A stretch of DNA of 64,000 nucleotides, from contig CM119263.1 of assembly GCA_051294375.1 (NCBI GenBank), forward strand, positions 31,070,949 through 31,134,948, written 5' to 3'. The position numbers were made by a program, and so were the translations under genes. Of this stretch, positions 13,101-26,326 are shown piece by piece (the stretch's first letter is position 1; each line of letters opens with the position of its first letter). The stretch is from Paraspadella gotoi (lineage: Eukaryota > Animalia > Chaetognatha). The notes beneath the pieces were generated by a model that searched no databases, was not told where the DNA came from, and saw only the letters and a program-made list of their open reading frames with translations.

Positions 13101-16100
13101 GGAAGCGAAAGAATTACATGGGTATAAAACTTTAAAATACAGTCTTTGTTTTATTTCTTTCATTTCGTTGCGTAGGTAATAAAGTAGTTTTTATTTTTAT
13201 TTTATACAATGAATGTAATTAGTATGAAAAACGGACATGTTTCGGCTATATTGTTAGCCTTATTTTCTCTTTCTCTCGGATCACCGGACGGCCGATCTCG
13301 AATTCAAACTCGCTGGCATAGAAAACCAATCAATTTTTCTGCAGTAAAAACTACAAAAATTGCTGCGCAAGTCTAGATTAAAAAAAAAATCTAAACAAAA
13401 CATAATAAAAAATTGTTCAGTAAATGGTCAGTCTTTTCACGTGACATTATATGACCATTTCTAGCCGCTTTTTAAGTCGCTGGCTGTAGAATAACTTACC
13501 CGAATCACAAAAATCAGCACGAATGATTTCCCCTCGATCATTTTACTCTCTCCCTCTTTTTCCTACCTCAATTTTAACTGACCCCGTACGATCACGTCTC
13601 TTTTTCCCGGGTCAACGTTAACATTCTCATGAGGCCTATCAAAGGTTCATAATTGTTTTTCTATAGAGTAAAATCTGATAATATTTTCTCATTCAAAACC
13701 GTCATTTAATTTTCGCCATTTATCTCTAATAAAAGCCCTTGATTTACATCCAAGATTTCCGAGTATGCGGAACCACAAGAGTATGTCCAACATTTATTTC
13801 TTCGATATTACGGCTCCGTTCTTCGATCGGCAACATTTTTTAAAACTTTTTCTCTCGGATTCTCCCCTCTCGAAAAACGCACGATCACGCAAGAGATCGT
13901 ACAGGCTTGAGGTTTTTTTTAATCATAATTAGTTAAAATTGATCATTCGTGAAGAATCAAATTTAAAAAACTTGTGGGCCTTCAGGAACCGTAGTTTTTA
14001 CTGTAAAAAATTTTTATTATTTTCTATGCCTCGAGGGTCGCGCGTTTGATGCGTCGGCCGTAGGATGAATAGGCTTTGAAAACAAATTTAACATGGAGCA
14101 AGGATTTCTAAATTTCAAAGAATGTAAATGTTGAATAAATGACGAATAAATCGTGAATAAGTTTTTCATAAAGAATAAATGAATGGCCAAATAAATGTAC
14201 AAAAAAATTGTTTTGAAAATCCTTAGATTCCGTAAAAACTATGGTTTCATATGGCCGATCTTTTACTGATAAACGATTATGATAAAAAATGTCATGAGAA
14301 AGCTACTAGAACGGTAAAAAGACTGGGTTGAAAAGGTCAACTGAAACGACCGAGGAAAAATGACCGGTCCCAAAATCTTTCAATTACTTAATAATTATTT
14401 ATCTTATTGAAGGCAGAATAATCAGGAAACTTTGTTTACAAACAACGATTTATTTAAAACGGACATGTTTTGGCTCTAATTGCAAGACTTCATCAGCGCG
14501 AAATACGTAGATTGTAATAATTTTTTTGGAGAGAGAGAGAAAGGAAAAAAGAGAGAGAAATACAAAAAAATTTAGAGAGGAGAGATATTAGAGATGAGGA
14601 CAGCTGAAGATAAGGTCAGATAGGAATGGAAGAACAATGTTGCACCGAATTGTATGTCTCCAAGAGGCATAAAGTATGACGAACATAAGATGGGAGGCGT
14701 TTTTACGATCTTTTCCTAGATGTTAGTGTAGCAGAATAATTTGTGGTTCATTTCAAATGAGATTGAGTTCTTCAATCTCATTTACATATTGTAGTGGTTT
14801 AGACCATTTCTCATATCTTTTCATACAGTTTTCATAATAGTCTTGTTTTATGGATTTAGCAATAGTTTTAATAGATTTTAATAATGATTTAGTTTTCCAA
14901 TTATTATTCAAATATTTCATAGTAGTATTGTTGCTTTATAAATGGAAGTATTTTTCTTGTTCAAGTAGAACAGCAAAAAGAACAATGCGAGCATTCTACC
15001 ACTAACCATAAGGTCAACAATAAATAATAATATAAGATGCCCCCCGTTAGATTAGCTACTGTAATACTTCAGTATCTAAAATCTAAATGTTCAAGTAAAA
15101 TTTAAGAACTCGAAAACAATTGAAGAGCCTTTTGTTTTCAGATAGTTCCGCTAGGGAAATAACAAAGAAATAAAGAGAAGGAAAAAAATCATATTAATTT
15201 AATCGTTTTAAATTGTTCGCAAAGAATTGTCAACATATTTTGTTCAATTGTTATGGTAATTATTTTATAAAATGTTAGTTACATCTAAAATTTACGTCCC
15301 CGCTGGAATCGAGCGGTGCTCCGACCCCTATTAATGGTTTGAAGGCTACTAGACTGGCTTCTTGGTAAGACTAATGAACTAGAGAGTTAGGCTTGCAATG
15401 TATTCAAGTATAGACCTAAGATAGCATTTACATGTTATTATCTTAATGAGTGCTAAACCTAAGTGTTGAGCTAGTCGACCCTTGTAATCCTAGCTGACTA
15501 AGGGGTACTTCTCTGAGAATGTTTTTCTTACTAAACATAGAAAGGTCAGCTGGAATCACAAGAATAATTAAAGTTGTAAACTAGCAATTATGATTGAGGA
15601 ACTCGATCTCATTTCAGATAATTCCCAAATTAATCTGCTTCAGAGCGTCACAACCACAGGAAATTAAAACGTCCTCGTTTTATAAAGTTCTTGACAAAAC
15701 GCAATGGATGAAAGTTCCTTTATTGTATGAGAGAAACGATGAGTGGTTGGCGATAAGATGACCACAAATTGTAGATGAGAAATTAACGATTGATGAAAGG
15801 TTGGAGATAAGGAAAATTTGATGATGAAAAGATCACAAATTGAAGATGAGGTGAAGAGAAAATTGGAGATGAAATGATCGCAAAAATTAGAAACCAGTTG
15901 TAGAAAATAGATTAGAAGATAACGAATGTTTCTTTTATACAAATTTAATAAAAATTAGAAAACACTTACCAATGGTGCCGATCAAAGGCAGGCAAGGCTT
16001 GATATCGTTTTGGAAATTTATAAAATGTGGTACCCCTTTTTTGTGACCAGAATCTGTTCCCACCAAAGTACTCGATCGAATTTTATGAAATTTTACATAT

Positions 16101-18186
16101 ACAGTCCTAATGACGATATAAATGGAACTATCGAGGCGAATTTTGATATTCAACCCCTGACAAGAGATACAGGGTCCTGGGGCTGGACCCCTGGGGGGCC
16201 AAAAAAGGCTAAATTTTTTTTTTTTTTTTTTTAATATTGACGTCTTAAACATGTAAAAAAACATTTTAAAACTAAAATTGATAAATTTTCAATAATTAAG
16301 CATTTTTTGAAGATGCATGGTTCATCGTTTTACTTCCAATTTTCCAAAATTATTCCAAATCTGACTTGAACAGCTGATGTTCATGTAGATGAAAATTAAG
16401 GTAAACTAACATTTTTGAGGTAATAAATAGGTTTTTGTGTAAGAGTAAACGTCTGTGCAACTGTTCAAAACAAATATATTTGAAAAATTTGTAAAAAAAT
16501 TTTGACCATTTTTTGCCCCAATGTGTGACCCCCAGAGGGCCCATATCTCGGCTCAGGGGTCAATTATTGAAATTCGCCTCAATATTTCTATTTGTATTCA
16601 CATAGAGATTGTTCATTCCAAATTTCAATAAATTTGGTCCAGTAGTTTTCTCAGAACGTGTTCTGGTCACAAAAAAAGGGTACTATGGCAACAGCCGGGT
16701 TGCCTGTGATGCCCATTGGGATGGGGCATCTCACTGTTGGCTTTGGGGGCTTCCGACCCTCAGTGACGCCTCCAGTCACTGGCGCGGTTACCCTAGGACG
16801 GTCTCGCTTTGCCAACGCAGAGGGAAGTCGTTAGGACTGTGGATGGAACACTATGCCTGGGATGGTGTGTTCCCCCTCTGAGCCAATGGATTTGGCTGAA
16901 GGATGGTGGACGTGAGGCGGTGTGAATATACCGCCACAGTACCACATTTTATAATATGAAGCCTTCTGTATATAATAGAAAGAAAAATAAGGAAAGAGAG
17001 CTTACCAATGGTGCATTAAAGCAGGCAAACCAAGATGGGAGAAAAGAATGAATCACGAACAAAACTATTGATATCTGGAATATTTTAAACCTTAGGGCAA
17101 CGGGGAGACATGTATGATGCCCTGGGTGTGAGGCATCTTCCATGTCACTGGCGTGTTTATGCCGACACCATCACATTTAACCAGCGTGACCGTGAGGGGA
17201 ATGAACCCGGAACTTACGCTTGGTGAACGAATACTTAGCTATCCAAGCCAATGGGACGAGCTGAGCTATACGGAAGGCGAATTCGCCACAACCTACTGCT
17301 TATCAAAATAAATCAAAATACGACGACATATAAATAAGATTGAGACACAAACTCTGCCACTTGATTCCATTTCTTTCCCTTCTTTTCTCCCCACCCTCTC
17401 CAGGAAGTTGGCCTCTACCATTTGGGCGAGTTTGTCAACGTCTTCCGCCACGGTTCCCTCGTCATGCAGAACTTGGGCGAGTCAGCGATGCCGACCCAGG
17501 GCTCCGTCCTCTTCGGCACCGTCAACGGCACCGTCGGACTCGTGACCCAATTCCCCGCTGAGCACTTCAACTTCCTCAAGGAGATCCAGGACCGGCTGGC
17601 CAAGGTCATCCGCAGCGTGGGCAAAATCGAACACGCCTTCTGGAGATCGTTTCACACCGAGAGAAAGACGGAGCAGACGAGCGGATTCTTGGACGGAGAT
17701 CTCATCGAGAGTTTCCTCGATTTGAGTCGAGACAAGATGTTGGAAGTCTGTCAGGGGCTGCAGGTGATGTAAGGGAGGCTGCAGGTGGCAGGTCTGCAGT
17801 TGATGTAGAGGAGGCTGCAGGTGATGTAGGGGTCGGCTGCAAGTAGCAGGGATGCAGTTGTAGGAGAGGGGGAAGATGACGAAAAATTGGATGCTCGCTG
17901 ACGGAAAAGAAAAATGTAAATATTCGGTTGTATTAAAAATATGAAAATTATAAAAATGTTTTAATTTATCGGTCTCCTTCATTTATCATTTTGGGCTCTA
18001 TTTTTGATATTTGTTATTAACTTTATATTAATTATACGTTCCCTTTCTTCCCCATTTTTTCAGATTCCCTTTTCGACGAGTACGGATTCTACGAGTCAAG
18101 CCACGCCCACCAACGAATCGTGCAAAAAGGAAGCCACGCCCGAGGATTTGATCAAAATCATCGAAGAATTGAATCGAATTCATTAA
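7150..18186 (+). CDS. DDB1: DNA damage-binding protein 1 (3' half; upstream exons not visible in the window)
   Basis: Exons 7150-7287, 7354-7516, 9526-9701, 9860-10057, 10215-10367, 10674-10773, 10868-11004, 11190-11361, 11930-12018, 12115-12252, 17404-17763, 18064-18186. Motifs [55 protein letters not shown]; C-terminus IIEELNRIH. Confidence 0.97.
7858..9155. mobile_element. Non-autonomous Kolobok-like DNA transposon in a DDB1 intron
   Basis: TIRs GGCCTGGGATCA...TGATCCCAGGCC with TTAA on both sides (RR/YY termini plus TTAA TSD). Internal inverted repeat at ~8100-8224. Confidence 0.7.
11484..11836 (+). mobile_element. Short HINE-like element
   Basis: T-run followed by GCGGAGCAACTCTATAAGTCAC and a degenerate GTCY microsatellite; 3' end ...TATTCACCGTTCTTGTT. 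Confidence 0.4.
12577..15307. mobile_element. Old CMC/EnSpm-like non-autonomous element carrying nested repeats
   Basis: Inverted termini CCCAGCGGGGACGT (12577) and ACGTCCCCGCTGGA (15307), each flanked by AT (2-bp TSD). No transposase ORF. Confidence 0.45.
16018..16954. mobile_element. MITE with long imperfect inverted arms; right TIR interrupted by a solo LTR
   Basis: TTATAAAATGTGGTACCCCTTTTTTGTGACCAGAA versus TTCTGGTCACAAAAAAAGGGTAC[insert]CACATTTTATAA; arm similarity extends ~200 bp. Confidence 0.75.
16684..16938 (-). mobile_element. Solo LTR (255 bp) of the TRIM-like family
   Basis: Homologous to both LTRs at 34533-35240; flanked by a GTAC duplication (16680-16683 and 16939-16942). Confidence 0.85.
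17085..17262 (-). mobile_element. Possible tRNA-derived SINE
   Basis: Minus strand has A-box-like TGGCTTGGATAG and B-box-like GGGTTCATTCCC at tRNA-like spacing; no full cloverleaf. Confidence 0.4.
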
Positions 18187-18378
18187 CAATTTTTATTTAA
18201 AAAAAAAACAAATAAACAATAAACATAACTGAAAGACTAACATAATTACATTACGATGTTTCGACGTTCCTCCCCCTCATCATCCCTGTTGCCATATTTT
18301 TTTTTTTATCTAAACAATGTTTTGTTTTATTTCTCTCACCAGAGGCGCTCGGATAACTAGTTTCCCACCTTAAAAACA

Positions 18379-20042
18379 ATGTGTACGTTAACTTTTTCGC
18401 TCATCTTTTTCTCCCAAACTCTCCTCTTTCCCACCGTCCGCCCACGCGCCATCCTTCCCACCGCGAAGGCACCACCGGACGATCCGCTTAAGCGTTCCGA
18501 GAACGTTCTTTTCAAGCGTCCCGTCGACGATCCCCTCCACTTCCCAATCAAACATGAAGACTCGCCCAAACCGTCCGACCCCGACCCTCGCCTTCAAGGC
18601 CTCCCAGCCCCCGTCGTCGATCAGGTCAAGAACGACAAAGAGATCGACGACCTTCTCCCTCCCGATCACATCGACGCCGTCCGCCTCGAACAGGACGGCG
18701 ACCTTAACCAGGATTTCCACAAGGAGGTTTGTGGCGGAGTAACTTGTGATTTAATTCAAATAAGATTTAGCTCTTCGATCTCATTTGCATATTGGAGCAT
18801 TTTAGATTATTACTTTTATTTTTTGATTCGGTAAAGATTTCAATTTCCAAATAATATTTAGATATTTTATTGTTTGTTTTGGTGGAAACAACGGCAAATT
18901 TATTAGAAATAACAAGGGAATGTTTCGACTAAGTTGATCAACTTCACAAATGGATGTACTTTTCTCATTTTGAAAGACTGCCTCATGGTTATTTTTAAAG
19001 GTTAGGATATTAAGATTTTAGCGTCGGTGTTAACCTCTGTAGTAGTATGTTCTCTTTCTGAGCTTAGTGCGAGCTTCTTCTACCAATTTTAAGATCTGTA
19101 AAGTGAGGAATGTTTCTGCCTCAGGTATTCCTCGGGAACCACGAGGATCTCGAGTCTCGTGGCGCCAACGAGACCGACAAACTCTTGGCCGTCATCTTCG
19201 ACAAAGTTGACGCAGATTCGGACGGCGCGTTGACGGAGCAAGAACTCGACGACTGGATCTCCGTCAAGATCAAGGAACACATCGACGAAGCCATTCGAGA
19301 GAACAAGGAGAAGTTCGAGACTCTGGACTCCGATAAGGACGGATACGTCTCCTGGAAGGATTATCTCAAGAACTTTCTCGTAGAAAGGAAGTTTCCGTCA
19401 GAGTTAGCGGAGAGACACACGGACGATTACGAGACGCTCAACTTGCCCGACGATCTTAAGGACAAAATCGCGCGATTTAGATTTAGGTCGGATTTGTTTG
19501 TTTGCCGTTGTCGTCGTCGTTTTTGTCCTTATATTTTTTTTTTTTTTTTTTTTTTGCTTTGTAGGTGGTCCGAGGCGGACGAGGAGCCCCAGGATAACCG
19601 ACTGACGGAATCCGAGTTCCTCGCCTTCATGCATCCCGAACACAGCGTGAAGATGCTGCAAATGTGGGTGACGGACATCATGCGCGGACTCGACGCGGAC
19701 GGTGACAATGAAATCACCGAAGCCGAGTTCGCCGCTTTGCCCGAAGGACAAGTGGACGAGCAATGGGAAGAGACTGATCGAAACTGGCAGGCGCAGCGTC
19801 GACGCGAATTCGTCGACGCAATCGATCTGAACGGAGACGGGAAAGTCACTAAGGACGAACTTACCCTCTACGTCGATCCTAAAAACTCCAAGCACGCCAA
19901 GGATGAGGCGCACAATCTCATCGAACTCGTGGACGCGGACCGGGACGACAAACTCTCTCTATCGGAACTGCTTGCCAGGAAGGACATCATTCTTTTTTCC
20001 AAGATGGTCGACACGGGACGGAGTCTGCACGACGAGTTTTGA
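18379..20042 (+). CDS. SDF4: 45 kDa calcium-binding protein Cab45 (CREC family)
   Basis: Exons 18379-18726, 19125-19486, 19565-20042. Signal peptide, [28 protein letters not shown], multiple EF hands, C-terminal HDEF. Confidence 0.95.
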
Positions 20043-21247
20043 GAGGGAAAAACATCTTCTTTTCTTTCTTTTAGATTTAGATTTATTTATGAAAAATTCT
20101 AGAAACGGACGCGAAGTTAGTTTTAGTTAAGGTGAGTAGTAGATAATAATTTAAATGATAGTAAATTTAAGTACTAATATTATAGTAATTTCTGAATAGT
20201 ATTCTTTCGCGATTCGATCGGAAGAAGAAAAGGGGATTGAAAAAAGAACTAGCCTAATTAATAAATATTTGAGACAAAATTAAAAGATGGCGCTTCCGAG
20301 TTTCCTGTGAAAGTGTAACACCCGAGGCTTGTTTTCGGCCAATTGAACTTTTAAATGAAAGATGCCATCTATTTTCTTTTATGGTTTTTCCCTCAAATGC
20401 TTAATCTGATGTTGAAAAAAGGGCTGTGTTAAGGGAAGAAAATTTCGCCTTTAAATTCCAAGGATGAGATTTCGACTCCTTTTGCAAAGGCCGTGTTTGA
20501 ATTGTGAGCTGGTCAAAGTTTTGATCGCGGTCAACCCTGAACTGTCGCGGATGTGGGCGTAAAGGAGATCACTTCAAATTGTACAAATACAGGATTTTTT
20601 GGTGTCGTAACTGAAACAAAGAATGAATTTATAACTGTTTGGATTCAAGAAAATCACTCTGCGGGAAGGCTGGCTGTAAAATAGTTATATTTTTGAATTG
20701 TAAGTGAAGAAGTACTTATGTAGCAGATTATTATTATTATTATTATTATTATTACTTATTAGTCTAAGGCGTTAGCATATGTAATTTTTTATTTGTTTTG
20801 ACGGTAAAGAAATATTTTTATATAATTAAACTACTTTTTTATTTTGTTGCTGTTTTTCGTTACTGAATACTGATGGTGATACCAAATAAATCGTATTTTA
20901 AGATTTCCATTAGAATTAATTATTGTATGAATCCGGAATCTGAATATTTTGTATCTTGAAAAGAATAACCTTAACGTCCATACGATTACAAAACATCATC
21001 CCACCTTTGTTGATTTTTAGCGAATTTTTTCCGAATTCTCCATCGAAATACATATTATGTACTCGATCCCGATTTGAGTCCCAAATCGGATGACTTGATC
21101 CTCTTCGTTCTTCGATCGAGATCATTTCCATCAACATTGCTCGATCGCACTAAAGTTTTGTCGCGCTTTGAAGACAAATCCGTGATTAGCGAGAGAGAGA
21201 ATCCTTTATTTTTCAGTTGCCTCGCGTCCCTCGATTGGATAAACTCG

Positions 21248-21287
21248 GAAGAAGAAGAAGAAGAAGAAGAAGAAGAAGAAGAAGAAG
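21248..21287. repeat. (GAA)n microsatellite in the probable SLC39A9 5' UTR
   Basis: About 13 GAA units. Confidence 0.9.
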
Positions 21288-21453
21288 CCGATTCCCTTTG
21301 AGTTAAGATCTAAAAAAAATGTGTGAAAGAACTTAACACCTTTCGCTCTCAGAGAGACAGAGACGATTCCCCGGCCGGCCGTCGGCTAAAGAAACTATGA
21401 ATTTTTGAACGAACATATTTTTAATCGATTAATAAACTTAACTAACGGTCGTC

Positions 21454-23788
21454 ATGGAAACCCAAACTGCCACGGAGGTCTTTTCCAACTCTTCCACCAT
21501 CGTCTTGCTGTCGTTGGCGATGCTGTTCGGGTGCTACTTAGCCGGAAGTATTCCTCTAGGTATATGTCCAAGCATTGACAGCAGTCGTTAACCCTCTTTA
21601 TATTTAGTTATTAGCATTTGATTAATTTATTTGGGGAAGCCTTTTCGCTCTCCGAGGATCGCCTCCATCTTGTCTCGGTGCTCGGTGCGGGTCTCTTGAT
21701 CGGTACGGCGTTGGCCGTCATCATCCCCGAGGGTGTCAACGCCCTCTACATGGACACCGCTCTCCATGACCAACACCACCACCATCATGACCTTCATTTC
21801 AGTCACGAGCACGCTCAAAGGTATCACCGCTCCTTTCTCTCACAGTGGATGAAGGTGAACTTCACAAAACTTGTCTTTTTCTCCCAGTGTCGTGTTGGAG
21901 CCAACGGATTCTCCGAAAAGAAAAGTCCTAGGTATTGCAGAGTCGAAGGTTTTTATTTTTAGACGAGAAAAGGAGAGAAGTTTAAAAAGATCATTTTCTG
22001 TTTAACTTTTTGGTCCAGCGGACAGCATTCCTTCTAAAATCGAGTTCAGTCAAAAAGAAGAACCCGTTAAAGAAATCGGCGATGTACATTCATTAATAGG
22101 TGAGCAGATGAAAATACAAAGTCAAGGGCAAGATAGCTTAAATATTTTAAATGAATGGATAATTTTGATATTGGTCGTTGTGGCGGTATAATCGCACCGC
22201 CTCACATCCACCATCGTTCAGCCAATCCCATTGGCTCGGTGGGGGAACGCACCATCCCAAGCGTTGCGTTCCATCCACAGTCCGAACGTCTTCCCTCTGC
22301 GTTGGCGAAGCGAGACCGCTCGAGGGTAACCGCGCCAGTGACAGGAGGCGTCACTGAGGATCGGAAGGCCCAAAGCCAACAGTGAGATGCCCCATCCCAA
22401 TGGGCATCACAGACAACTCGGCTGTTGCCATAGCGTAGCAATTTCATAAATAGAGTGATTATTCTTCTTGTCTCCACCAAGGTTTAACGCTAGTGTTGGG
22501 CTTCATCTTCATGATGTTGGTGGATCAGTTGTCGGCGAGCGCCGGACATTCTCACTCCGGCGACGGATCATCATCCTCTTCCTCTTCCAATATCACGGCG
22601 ACTCTTGGTCTCGTCGTCCACGCAGCCGCCGACGGAATCGCACTGGGTGAGGAAGAAGGATGGTTTATGGGGAAAGTGAAGGAGAAAAAAAGTTATCTGG
22701 GCAATATACATAGAATATGTGTATAGAGTATGTATATTATATATATTATACGTATATTATATAATATACATACATATCAAAATTGTAAAAAAATAAAATG
22801 AAATAATGAATGTAGCGTAAGAGGATAATCCATGAGTTATAATCTGAATTATTATCGTTTTATTTCAAGGCGCCGCTGCGCGGTCTTCTCACACTGATGT
22901 GGAGATGATCGTTTTTATTGCCATCATGTTGCACAAGGTAGGAAAGAGAGAAAGTGATTTCATCATCATCATCTTTCTCTACTTTTCATCTCTCCATCCC
23001 CCGCTCCCTTTTTTTGGCTTCCAGGCCCCCGCTGCTTTCGGCCTGGTGAGTTTCCTCCTCTCCGAAGGCCTCGATCGAGGGCGAATCAGGCGTCACCTGA
23101 TGATCTTCGCCGCTGCAGCGCCTATCACCGCCATCCTCACTTTTTTTGGTCTCAGTCAACAAGTAAGGCGGGGTGGGGGCGCGCAGGGTTGGGGTAAAAG
23201 GGGAATTGAAAAAGGGTCTTCCTCTAATTATACATAATCTTACGTAATCTTTGTTTAATTTTATGAGACGGAAACTTCTCAAGTGCGTTTTTTAAAAAAA
23301 AATAGTATTCAGTATTCTATAAACGAGTTACTTTTTAGTTTTTTTGGTTTTCTTAATAAATTTTTTTTATGGTTTCTTATTGCTGCCAGTTAACCTGTAC
23401 CCTTTCCACGTTTCTCACATTCAGAGCAAACGGAATCTATCTTCTAGTCACACGACTGGAGCTGCGATGCTCTTTAGTGCTGGCACTTTTCTCTACGTTT
23501 CTACAGTTCATGTTCTCCCCGAAATCGCGAGATTGAGGTCGGTGCTACAATATTTGATTGATTAGTACTTGAAATTTGTCAATTTTCATGTCAGTGAGAA
23601 GAATTGAAGTTTCTAGATTATTTATACAGTAAAATAAAACCTACAGGCCCAACAATCCCGGCAGCCCATCCTCGATGGAACTTGGAAAAGCCTCAACCGG
23701 CGTGGGTCATTTCAACAAGAAAGAACTCTTGGTCATCGTGGCGGGGGCCTTGCTTCCCATGCTACTCTCTTTGGGTCATCATCATTGA
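21454..23788 (+). CDS. SLC39A9: Zinc transporter ZIP9
   Basis: Exons 21454-21559, 21640-21820, 21888-21931, 22019-22099, 22482-22646, 22870-22937, 23025-23162, 23425-23537, 23647-23788. Motifs [45 protein letters not shown]; ends GHHH. Confidence 0.95.
22179..22432 (+). mobile_element. Solo LTR (254 bp) of the TRIM-like family, inserted into another short repeat
   Basis: TGTGGCGG...GTTGCCATA flanked by TCGT/GCGT. The empty site can be reconstructed from uninterrupted copies of the host repeat at 42737 and 53459. Confidence 0.85.
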
Positions 23789-24528
23789 TCATTGATCAAC
23801 CATTTCTTCTTTTTAGTTTCACGCTGAAGTCTTACTTGTAGTAGTCGTAACTTATAAAGTATCCTCGCCTACCGATAGGCAGAGCAACTATGTCGATTTC
23901 TTTAAACTATACATTATTCAATATATACATACCAGATGTTTCTTCGTTGTTATTTTTGTGGTCCAGAATAAAATCTATATAGGTTCTGATCGATCGGAAT
24001 TTTCAATTTACTGTATTTTTTCCCCGTGGAGTAATGTGAGTCTTTTTGATTCCATTTAATTGTATCATTTCTAGCAGTTGTAAATTTTAGGTTGTAAAAT
24101 TAAATTAAAAATGCTGAACTTATATTTTTGAAAATTTATTCCAGGTTAAAATTTAAAACCTGGGTCTGTTAAAAGCCATAGAAGAAAACGAAATCAGCCT
24201 TGATACTTTTGTTGAGGAATACAGTATTTCTGTCGCGTGACTACGCAATTATGGGATGGGATGCATTTATAATATATTTATGGCAGTAAAATAAGGTTCT
24301 TAAAGATTCCTTCTGTTTTAAACAGAATTAAAATATCCTCGAGTCGTAAATTATTTTGATAATATTATTTTTAAAAGGACATGAAATTTTGCCATAGTCG
24401 GTGTCCTACTTCACAAAAACCCTGGCATAAAATGTCTTTGTTCAAAATTTTAGGCGGTAATGTTGAGTTGTTTTTAGTTGACCCGTTTCGTCTTCAGTTA
24501 TCCAAACTTTTCCGTAAAAAAAAAAAAG

Positions 24529-26026
24529 ATGCCAGCGGCTGCCTTTTGCGAAAATCACAGCAGCGACGACGCAGAGCCGGACAGCACCATGACCATCCTC
24601 ACTCTGGACGTGGAGGTACAGCAACGGCCGCAGTCTACGCTGCCTCTCGGTCTCCTCTCCGATTCGCTGAGCGCCTTTCTCCGCTCCGCCAATCAGCTCG
24701 CCGCTGTCCTCGCGCCTTCCGTCACCTTTCGTGCCGACGAACTCGCGACCGACCCGCTTCTGTCGGCTCACGTGGAGCTCGTGATTGTGCCCGACTTGGA
24801 CGCGCATCGGGCGACGGAGAGAGAGACGCTTGATCTTCGTCATTCCAACTTTGTCTTTCATCTTTACCGACTCAACGAGGCCGACGCGGAGGAGGAGATC
24901 CTCGACGGAGAGGAGGAATTGTCGGCCGGTGAGCTCTTTGTCGGGCGGCGTATTAAGTTTTCTTGTCGGTCGGGTTTTTTGGGGTGGAATAGTAATGAGT
25001 TGTCAGCCGGGGAAAGTTACTGGGTATTTAATGGCAGCGTTAATAAATGAATAAGTAAATAAATCAAATAAAAAAGTGGACAGTTTAAAAAGAAAGTGTT
25101 TTGATGATCTTCCTTTAGCCAACCACTTCATGCTTCCCTGCAAAGAGTTCGACGGCCTCTGGGAGAGCCTCGTTTTCGACTCTTCCCTCAAGAACGACCT
25201 TGTCTCCTATGCGTCCACTGCTCTCGCTCTCTCCGACTCTGGCGTCGACCCCAACCTGGTCACCTGCAACCGCATCATCCTCCTCCACGGTCCGCCCGGC
25301 ACGGGCAAGACTTCCCTCTGCAAAGCCTTGGCCCAAAAGCTCTCCATTCGTCTCTCTCATCGTTACGACTTTGGCCAACTCATCGAGATCAACTCCCACT
25401 CTCTCTTCTCCAAATGGTTCTCCGAGAGCGGGAAATTGGTCATGAAGATGTTCCGCAACGTGGAGGAATTCATCGAGGATCCCAAGGCCCTCGTCTTCCT
25501 CCTCATCGACGAAGTGGAGAGTCTGACGGCGGCGCGAAAGGCGGCCTGCAGCGGGAACGAACCCAGCGACGCCATTCGCGTCGTCAACGCCCTCTTGACG
25601 CAGATCGACCGCGTCAAGCGTCACCCTAACGTCTTCGTCCTCACCACTTCCAATCTCTCCGGCGCCATCGATCTCGCCTTTGTTGATCGAGCAGACGTCA
25701 AACAGTTCGTCGGGCCGCCTTCTCCCGCCGCCATCTCCGCCATATACCGGTCTTGTCTGGAAGAGCTCGTGGCCCGCGGATTGTTGGGCGGCGGAGTCGG
25801 CAACGTGGCGCCCTCTTGGCAGGCGCTGTCTCCCTTCATGCTCGACGACGTCTCGCGGAAAAGCTTCGGCTTCAGCGCCAGAACTCTGAGGAAACTTCCC
25901 TTCATCGCGTTGGCGCTCTTCGGCGGCGGAGGAGGGAGGATGACGATCGAAGAATTTCTGCAGGCGTTGGAAAAGGCTGTGGAGAGACAGCTGATGGAGA
26001 GAAGGAACATTGCCGACGCCGTTTGA
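24529..26026 (+). CDS. TRIP13: Pachytene checkpoint protein 2 AAA+ ATPase
   Basis: Exons 24529-24928, 25119-26026. NRIILLHGPPGTGKTSLCKALAQKLSIR, EINSHSLFSKWFSESGKLV, EPSDAIRVVNALLTQID. Confidence 0.96.
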
Positions 26027-26326
26027 GAGGAAAATATATCCAGGCTTAAAGAGGAAGGAAAATTTGATTAAGTTCTTACGTTGTCTGTTATAACATGTTA
26101 TCTTTTTTTTCGTTATATATTGACCAAATTGATACCTTGTCTTTTTTGTTAGTTGATCAACCAACTCATTTATTTTATTATTTCATCGATTAACTTCATA
26201 TCTTTCCTGATTTTTTTTTTAAGATTCGCGAAGTTTTGTAACAATTTAGTTAACAAATACAACTATGGGAGAGGATTAAGACTTGAAAAAATAAAAACTT
26301 AACTAGTTAAGAACTTACCTGAAAAC

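Noticed and set aside
15664-17143. Nested minus-strand gene suggested by two GCACCATTG|GTAAG donor-like repeats (~15966, ~17002) and short ORFs
   Set aside because: ORFs are low-complexity, no acceptors or homology could be assembled, and the region is transposon debris.
19487-19564. In-frame readthrough of SDF4 intron 2 (78 nt, no stop)
   Set aside because: Frame depends on a long poly-T run and would insert a Phe/Cys stretch into the EF-hand region; treated as an ordinary GT-AG intron.
22340-22380. Hammerhead-like CTGAGGA in the TRIM LTR
   Set aside because: Followed by CAAA rather than GAAA, no NUH cleavage triplet, and other copies read CTGAGGG.
25115-26164. 349-aa minus-strand ORF (and similar ones at 31755-32651, 58829-60085, 27680-29911)
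   Set aside because: Antisense shadows of GC/CpG-rich coding exons; no recognisable domains.
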